Shown here one piece after another: positions 58,912 to 64,000 of a DNA stretch of 64,000 nt. Below the pieces are notes generated by a model, which did not search any database, was not told the DNA's origin, and was given only the letters and a program-made list of their open reading frames with translations. The DNA lies in NCBI GenBank assembly GCA_963832745.1, contig CAWHVC010000001.1, forward strand, positions 448,001-512,000, written 5' to 3'. This DNA is from Candidatus Bathyarchaeota archaeon (GTDB taxonomy: Archaea > Thermoproteota > Bathyarchaeia > Bathyarchaeales > Bathycorpusculaceae). How positions within the stretch are numbered: position 1 is the stretch's first letter; each line of letters starts with the position of its first letter. Made by a program: the position numbers and the translations under genes.

Positions 58912-59175
58912 TTAGTTGTCCCACCAATGTTGACCAGATGGGATTAATGCGTTTGAAGAAATGAAGTAACGTTCGCTTTCTACAAGCAAGTTTAATTGAT
59001 GTTGGTTGACAAAATCAGTTATTAAAGCTAAATTGTCGTTGTTAACCAGACTCTGTTCAATAGTTAAAATAAACCCGTCATTTAATGTGTCAAGCATTTT
59101 AACGTCTAGATTGCAGCTTGAACATAATTTTCTTTTAAACAACATAGCGTCTGACATTTTCAAATCTTTTTTCAC
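58912..59175 (-). CDS. Hypothetical protein
   Basis: 87 aa ORF with CSSC. Confidence 0.55.
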   Translation of the reverse strand: MKKDLKMSDAMLFKRKLCSSCNLDVKMLDTLNDGFILTIEQSLVNNDNLALITDFVNQHQLNLLVESERYFISSNALIPSGQHWWDN

Positions 59176-59349
59176 CCTTCCAAATTCAGGGGCTCAACTC
59201 TTGCCAAAATGTTTGGGCAGTGAACTCTAAACTCGGACATTAATATTGAACAGTTTTTAAACTCTTAAAGCTATGCCTAAACTATTTTGCAAATGAACCG
59301 TTAAATCTGCGTTTTATCCTTTGATTCCAAAAAATTGTTGATTGAATTT

Positions 59350-60093
59350 TTAAATTTGTAAAACAAAAATTTTTTTGACTACACCCACACCTTTTTGAGT
59401 TATGATATAGTCACCTTTGTTATTTTCCTGAACCACAAGCCCAGCATCCAAAAGCTTTTTGATGTGAAACAGTAAATGCCCTCCTTTTAGACCAGTTATT
59501 TGAGCTATTTTTGAAAAACTTTTTCTTCCTTCAAATGTGCTGATTAAAATTTTGAGTCTTGCAGAGTTAGCTAACGGTTCAAGTACTTCTTCAACAAGAC
59601 GGTCAATGTTTAGTTCTTTGTTGTCTTTGTTCTCGGTTTTTTCTACAAGCACTATTGTTTGGAAAGCTCTTTTTTCGCGACGGAGCTTTTTCTGGAAGTC
59701 TTTGTGGCAAACTTCGCAGGGTGAGCCTTTGGCTTTTTGGATTACTTGCTCCATTTTTTCGATTTTGGTATCTAAGTCGTTTATGGCTTCTTTGATTTTT
59801 AGGTTTTTGATTATTTGGAGGTTTTCTGTTGCCATTTTTTTGAAGAGTTCGAGGCAGTGGTCGTGGTTTTTGCATTTGGCGTCTGGGATTTTTTGTATAT
59901 CTTCGTCGAGTTCGTCTTGGAGTTGTCCAGCGTAGAGTAGAAGACGGTTTTGGGTTAGGGCATCTTCTACGGATTTTATTCTTTCTTTTAGTACTGAATC
60001 TTCGAGCCTGTTTAGTTCGATGCGTAGGTTTTTGATTTCTTGTTTTAGTTCTTGTAGGGCGTTTGTGAGGGGTGGTTTTGGTTGGTCTTGCAT
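59350..60093 (-). CDS. Coiled-coil/Cys + C-terminal ArsR-type wHTH regulator
   Basis: PLANSARLKIL...GLKGGHLLFHIKKL...YIITQKG; CKNHDHC and CEVC. Confidence 0.85.
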   Translation of the reverse strand: MQDQPKPPLTNALQELKQEIKNLRIELNRLEDSVLKERIKSVEDALTQNRLLLYAGQLQDELDEDIQKIPDAKCKNHDHCLELFKKMATENLQIIKNLKIKEAINDLDTKIEKMEQVIQKAKGSPCEVCHKDFQKKLRREKRAFQTIVLVEKTENKDNKELNIDRLVEEVLEPLANSARLKILISTFEGRKSFSKIAQITGLKGGHLLFHIKKLLDAGLVVQENNKGDYIITQKGVGVVKKIFVLQI

Positions 60094-60177
60094 GGTGTTG
60101 CGCCTTTCAGTTTGGTCTATTTTTGTTACCTAAAACTATATAAAAATATCTGATCAAATTGTTAAACAGGGACAAAC

Positions 60178-60618
60178 ATGACAAAAATATTGATAGCCTA
60201 CTACACAAAAAGCGGCAACACCGAAAAAATTGCCAAACTAATCGCAGAAGGCGCAAAAACGGTTCCAGGCACAACCGTTGAAGTCAAAAAAGTAGATGCT
60301 ATAAACCCCGCCGAAGCAGCAGAAGCAGACGCATTCGCTTTCGGATCACCAACCTACTTCAGCATGATGTCAGGGCCCATGCTAACACTACTAACTGAAT
60401 TCTTCTTCATCAAAGACAAGTTAGCCAGCAAACCAATGGTAGCATTTTCAACAGGCGCAGGTAGTCAAACACAAGCAACATCAAACATTGAAAGCGTACT
60501 GAAAGTCTTCAACCCAAAACTCCAAGCAGGACTAGCAGTCGGCAACACTATTTCTGCAACTGACGAACAGTTAGCAAAGAAAACAGGCGAAACCTTAGCA
60601 GCTGCCGCAAAGCAATAG
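60178..60618 (+). CDS. Flavodoxin family protein
   Basis: YYTKSGNTEKIA, GSPTYF. Confidence 0.92.
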   Translation: MTKILIAYYTKSGNTEKIAKLIAEGAKTVPGTTVEVKKVDAINPAEAAEADAFAFGSPTYFSMMSGPMLTLLTEFFFIKDKLASKPMVAFSTGAGSQTQATSNIESVLKVFNPKLQAGLAVGNTISATDEQLAKKTGETLAAAAKQ

Positions 60619-60634
60619 GTAGCATATCAACGGC

Positions 60635-60720
60635 TGAATGAGCTTACAGGGGTTTTAGCAAACTACCCTTCTAAGAAACGCTAATGAACCGCCCACGTTC
60701 ACACCCCTACAGCTCCATCA
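60635..60720 (-). ncRNA. Candidate three-way-junction structured RNA
   Basis: Stems GAGCT/AGCTC, AGGGGT/ACCCCT, TTAGC/GCTAA, TGAAC/GTTCA; G-U extensions favour the - strand. Confidence 0.45.
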
Positions 60721-60762
60721 CACAATCACAACTTTCTTTTTTTTTGAAAAAAGCTTTTTAGT

Positions 60763-61971
60763 TTACGTTTTTGGTTCTTTTGTGAATAGCAAGGTTATTG
60801 CAGTAGTAAATGCCATGCAACCAAAAGCGATTCCCATTACATTATACGAGCCTAAAGCTAAAAGCAAAAAGCTTGCTATGGCCGCAGCCACTGTGTTGCC
60901 TAGTTTTGCGAACAAGCTTGTCATTGCCATCATTGTGCTGCGGGATTGAGGAATCTGGTCAAGAGATAGACAACTCAAGGACGCTAACGCTGCGCCAATA
61001 ATGAAAGTGTGCACCGTGTTTACTATTATTCCTGACCATAAATCGGTCGTTTGGAAAACAGCTACCAGCAAAACCGCGTCTATAAGAAAGAAGGTTATGG
61101 CAACTCTTTTCTTTCCAAACCTATCGATTATTCTACCTGCAAAGAGACCCCCTAATCCGATTGTCCCCCCCGACAACATTAGAATCGCTGAACTTTGTGC
61201 CATACTTATCCCATAAGCTTGTTGCCATACTGCTAGTACATACATACCGACAACTGAACCCAGAAGCAATAATTGACCAAGTAGACAAAACAGGGCAGAT
61301 CTGTTGGTTAAAACTGATTTGAAAGCCGTAAGGTAATCAACTTTTAGTGAGGACTCTTTTTTGGCAGTTGGGTTCTTAGGGATGCCGACGTGAGCTATTA
61401 TTAATGATACAATTGCGATTGGAACGGCATAAAACAGAAATGCCCAGCGCCAGCCGCCCATGCTTGTAAGGAAGCCAACGATTGGGGGGCCAATGATGGC
61501 GCTTAGGTAAAAAGAAAATTGGGTGTAGCTTACTGCTTTTGACTTCTTTTTGGTTGGTACAAAATCACCTATGAGTGAGAGCCCAACAACGGTTATTATT
61601 ACTGAACCGATTCCTTCTAAAGCAAAAAATGCTGCCATAACAGTGAAGGATGGGGCAAAAAAGTTGCCTACCGCCGAGATGGCTATGCATACTATACCTG
61701 CTAGGAACAATGTTTTGTGTTTAAATTTGATTGCTAAAAACCCTATCAGGAATGCGACGACGGCTTCGGCGAGGCTGTTAACTGTGCTCAGTTGACCTGC
61801 AAGGCCTATTGTGCTTGGGTTTGCCGAACCAAAAAACGTGATGGCTATATTTGATAGTAATAGGATGAGAATGCCGTTTTCCATAAATGTTGCGAGAAAT
61901 GGAAAAACTACTGAAGGAACAAAAAGTTTCCCCGGTTGCCCTTCTTCAAGCACCGTTGTTTCGGCATGCAT
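60763..61971 (-). CDS. MFS transporter
   Basis: About 12 TM helices; GRIIDRFGKK; GWRWAF. Confidence 0.92.
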   Translation of the reverse strand: MHAETTVLEEGQPGKLFVPSVVFPFLATFMENGILILLLSNIAITFFGSANPSTIGLAGQLSTVNSLAEAVVAFLIGFLAIKFKHKTLFLAGIVCIAISAVGNFFAPSFTVMAAFFALEGIGSVIITVVGLSLIGDFVPTKKKSKAVSYTQFSFYLSAIIGPPIVGFLTSMGGWRWAFLFYAVPIAIVSLIIAHVGIPKNPTAKKESSLKVDYLTAFKSVLTNRSALFCLLGQLLLLGSVVGMYVLAVWQQAYGISMAQSSAILMLSGGTIGLGGLFAGRIIDRFGKKRVAITFFLIDAVLLVAVFQTTDLWSGIIVNTVHTFIIGAALASLSCLSLDQIPQSRSTMMAMTSLFAKLGNTVAAAIASFLLLALGSYNVMGIAFGCMAFTTAITLLFTKEPKT

Positions 61972-62160
61972 GCCCTACTTAATGCGCCTATTGATATAGC
62001 ATTTGCGGAAAACACAAACATAATTGATAATTCTTTCCCCTGGCAAGGTATTTGTTTATCTATTTTTTTGTTTTTCTTTATTATTCTTTTTTGGCATTTT
62101 ATAAGGTAAAGCCTATAACACTGAAAACCAATCAAAGAACAATAATTTCGGTGAACCTCT

Positions 62161-62721
62161 TTGGATGCTTTGACAGTCGTGCTGATTGCTTTTGGATTAG
62201 CGATGGATGCGTTTGCTGTTTCAATCGCTAATGGCATGACTATTAAAGGTAACCGTAAAAAAGCCGCGTTAATAATTGCGGTTTTCTTTGGGGGTTTCCA
62301 GATGCTTATGCCCGTAATCGGGTGGGCAATAGGATTAAGCTTACAAAGTATAATCATCGCGGTTGACCATTGGATAGCATTCGGGCTGCTAACGTTTATT
62401 GGCGCCAAAATGATTAATGAAGCAGTAAAAAATGACGGCAAAAACGAAGGCGAAAAAACCCTTAAGCTGCACACTCTGCTGACTTTGGCGGTGGCAACAA
62501 GCATAGACGCCTTGATGGTTGGGCTTAGCTTTGCATTTCTTCAAACTTCTATCCTTTTGCCCGTTATAGCAATCGGCGTAGTCACATTTGCACTTTCGTT
62601 TGCTGGCTTCTATTTCGGCGGCTTTCTGGGCAAAACGTTTGGGCATAGAATAGAAATCCTCGGCGGCTTAATCCTAATCGCTATCGGCTTAAGGATTCTG
62701 CTTGAGCACTTATTTGTTTAA
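62161..62721 (+). CDS. mntP: Manganese efflux pump MntP
   Basis: LAMDAFAVS, FQMLMP, DHWIAF, ATSIDAL.VG, EILGGLILI. Confidence 0.93.
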   Translation: MDALTVVLIAFGLAMDAFAVSIANGMTIKGNRKKAALIIAVFFGGFQMLMPVIGWAIGLSLQSIIIAVDHWIAFGLLTFIGAKMINEAVKNDGKNEGEKTLKLHTLLTLAVATSIDALMVGLSFAFLQTSILLPVIAIGVVTFALSFAGFYFGGFLGKTFGHRIEILGGLILIAIGLRILLEHLFV

Positions 62722-64000
62722 TTTTTTATGCGAAAACTCGTCACGCATTTGCATTTCTCTGCGTTTACGGTTATAGCCCAAGGAGAAGTCGTGTGTGGCG
62801 TCTCGGATTTGGCGGATGAGCAGCATCATGCGGCTGTTCTTGTCAAGCTGAATCGGCTCTGGTACGTTTGGCTTGTAAATTTCTTCGTTTTCCTTTGCCA
62901 AACCAATCATTGGAATCTTGAGGTTTAGCGTGTTGAGTGCGGCTTGGGCAGCGCTTACCTGTCCAGGTCCACCGTCAATAATGATGAGGTCTGGCATTTG
63001 GACGTTTTCTTCTTTTAACCGTTTGTACCGGCGTGTAACGACTTCGTTCATTGAAGCAAAATCGTCCTGTCCCACGACGGTTTTGATTTTGAATTTGCGA
63101 TAATTCTTCTTATCCGGCTTAGCATCGGTAAATCGTACCATGCCTGAAACAACGTGTTCTTGCCCCAAGTTGGAAATATCAAAACATTCAATCACCCGAG
63201 GCAGCCGTGGCAGTTCAAGGGCGGTTTGCAGGTCAACTAAGGCGTTGTTGCCGGTTAAGCTGGATTGCAGGTTCTTTTCAGCTAACTGAACAAGACCTAA
63301 CTTGTTACCTCTTTTAGGAACCGTCAACGTTACAGGCGCCAACCGTTTTGCATAAAGGAACTCTTCCAATGCGGCTTTTTCATCGGTGTCTTGCCAGCAA
63401 GGCTTGTTAAGCAAAATTTCCCTTGGAATCTGATTAACGCCGTAAAATGCTTTCAGAAACTCCTGTTCCACTTGAGGTTGACGATCAACACTGAACTCTT
63501 TTTTGCCAAGCAGCACGCCTTTACGCAGCCCCATCTGGATGATGTGTATCTTATCGCCTTCCTGGCAGAAAGCCATCGCATCTTGGTCAAATCGGCGTTC
63601 ATTATCAACAATTTGCCTTTGTGTCAGCAACCGTATTGAAGCCATCTGATTCCGCAACTCTAAAGCGCGTTCAAATTTTTGCTCTTTAGATGCTTGCTGC
63701 ATCTGCTCATCTAAAAGATGCAGTGTACGGTCGAATTTGCCCTCCAAAAACATCCGTGCATTCTTAACCTGTTCAGCATACTGCTCTTTGGAAACCTTTT
63801 CCACGCATGGCGCAGTGCAATTGCCAATGTGGTAATGCAGGCAGGCGCGTTTGTGCATGTTTTTGCAAGTGCGAAGCTTGAAAACTTTGGTTACGAGACG
63901 TTGCAGGTCTTGGCGTGTGTAGCCTTCCGTATAGGGTCCAAAAGATTCAAGTTTAGATGAGACTTTGCGGCTTGTTAGTATGCGTGGGTATTCTTCGCGG
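62710..64000 (-). CDS. uvrC: Excinuclease ABC subunit C, 5' end beyond window
   Basis: Frame open to the edge (EEYPRI...FGPY...LRTC..CLHYHIGNCTAPC), UVR motif, ECFDISN, DDFASM, IDGGPGQ, LAKENE. Confidence 0.95.
   Translation of the reverse strand, partial: REEYPRILTSRKVSSKLESFGPYTEGYTRQDLQRLVTKVFKLRTCKNMHKRACLHYHIGNCTAPCVEKVSKEQYAEQVKNARMFLEGKFDRTLHLLDEQMQQASKEQKFERALELRNQMASIRLLTQRQIVDNERRFDQDAMAFCQEGDKIHIIQMGLRKGVLLGKKEFSVDRQPQVEQEFLKAFYGVNQIPREILLNKPCWQDTDEKAALEEFLYAKRLAPVTLTVPKRGNKLGLVQLAEKNLQSSLTGNNALVDLQTALELPRLPRVIECFDISNLGQEHVVSGMVRFTDAKPDKKNYRKFKIKTVVGQDDFASMNEVVTRRYKRLKEENVQMPDLIIIDGGPGQVSAAQAALNTLNLKIPMIGLAKENEEIYKPNVPEPIQLDKNSRMMLLIRQIRDATHDFSLGYNRKRREMQMRDEFSHKKLNK

Noticed and set aside
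61980-62160. yybP-ykoY Mn riboswitch upstream of mntP
   Set aside because: No GGGGAGUA-type core or stems visible
1-64000. CRISPR array, cas genes, intact transposase, reverse transcriptase, rRNA
   Set aside because: None seen; also no duplicated tRNA 3' ends marking att sites for the two tRNAs

Overview
Archaeal genomic DNA, most likely Bathyarchaeia. This is inferred from archaeal EF-1alpha, short XPF, a CdvB/ESCRT-III-like protein, GGAGGTGA Shine-Dalgarno motifs, large beta-propeller surface proteins and expanded PAS histidine kinases. Left to right: radical SAM genes and an Lrp-flanked Mrp/NifB-NifX/COG1149/TsaA/DUF134 cluster (1-9.4 kb); small genes including a DCD-domain protein facing away from a ~200-nt structured non-coding element, with DUF72 on its other side; TrmB/Lrp/TFB-like regulators and CdvB; a collapsed integrase plus small membrane protein remnant (~20 kb); three AglB/STT3-like paralogues with deacetylase, radical SAM, GT2 and GT4 (20.5-31.4 kb); a REC-TrmB regulator, three related kinases, tRNA-Ala(CGC), ndk, GH2 and EF-1alpha; an AT-rich decaying island of beta-helix paralogues (47.3-54.1 kb); XPF, tRNA-Pro(CGG), an eL22-like gene, MFS, mntP and uvrC. 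Most notable are three unannotated structured ncRNA candidates (11.5, 55.0, 60.6 kb), a dispersed 56-bp element, two remnants of one integrative element family, and the eL22-like protein. All family calls were made by eye from motifs, with no database searches.
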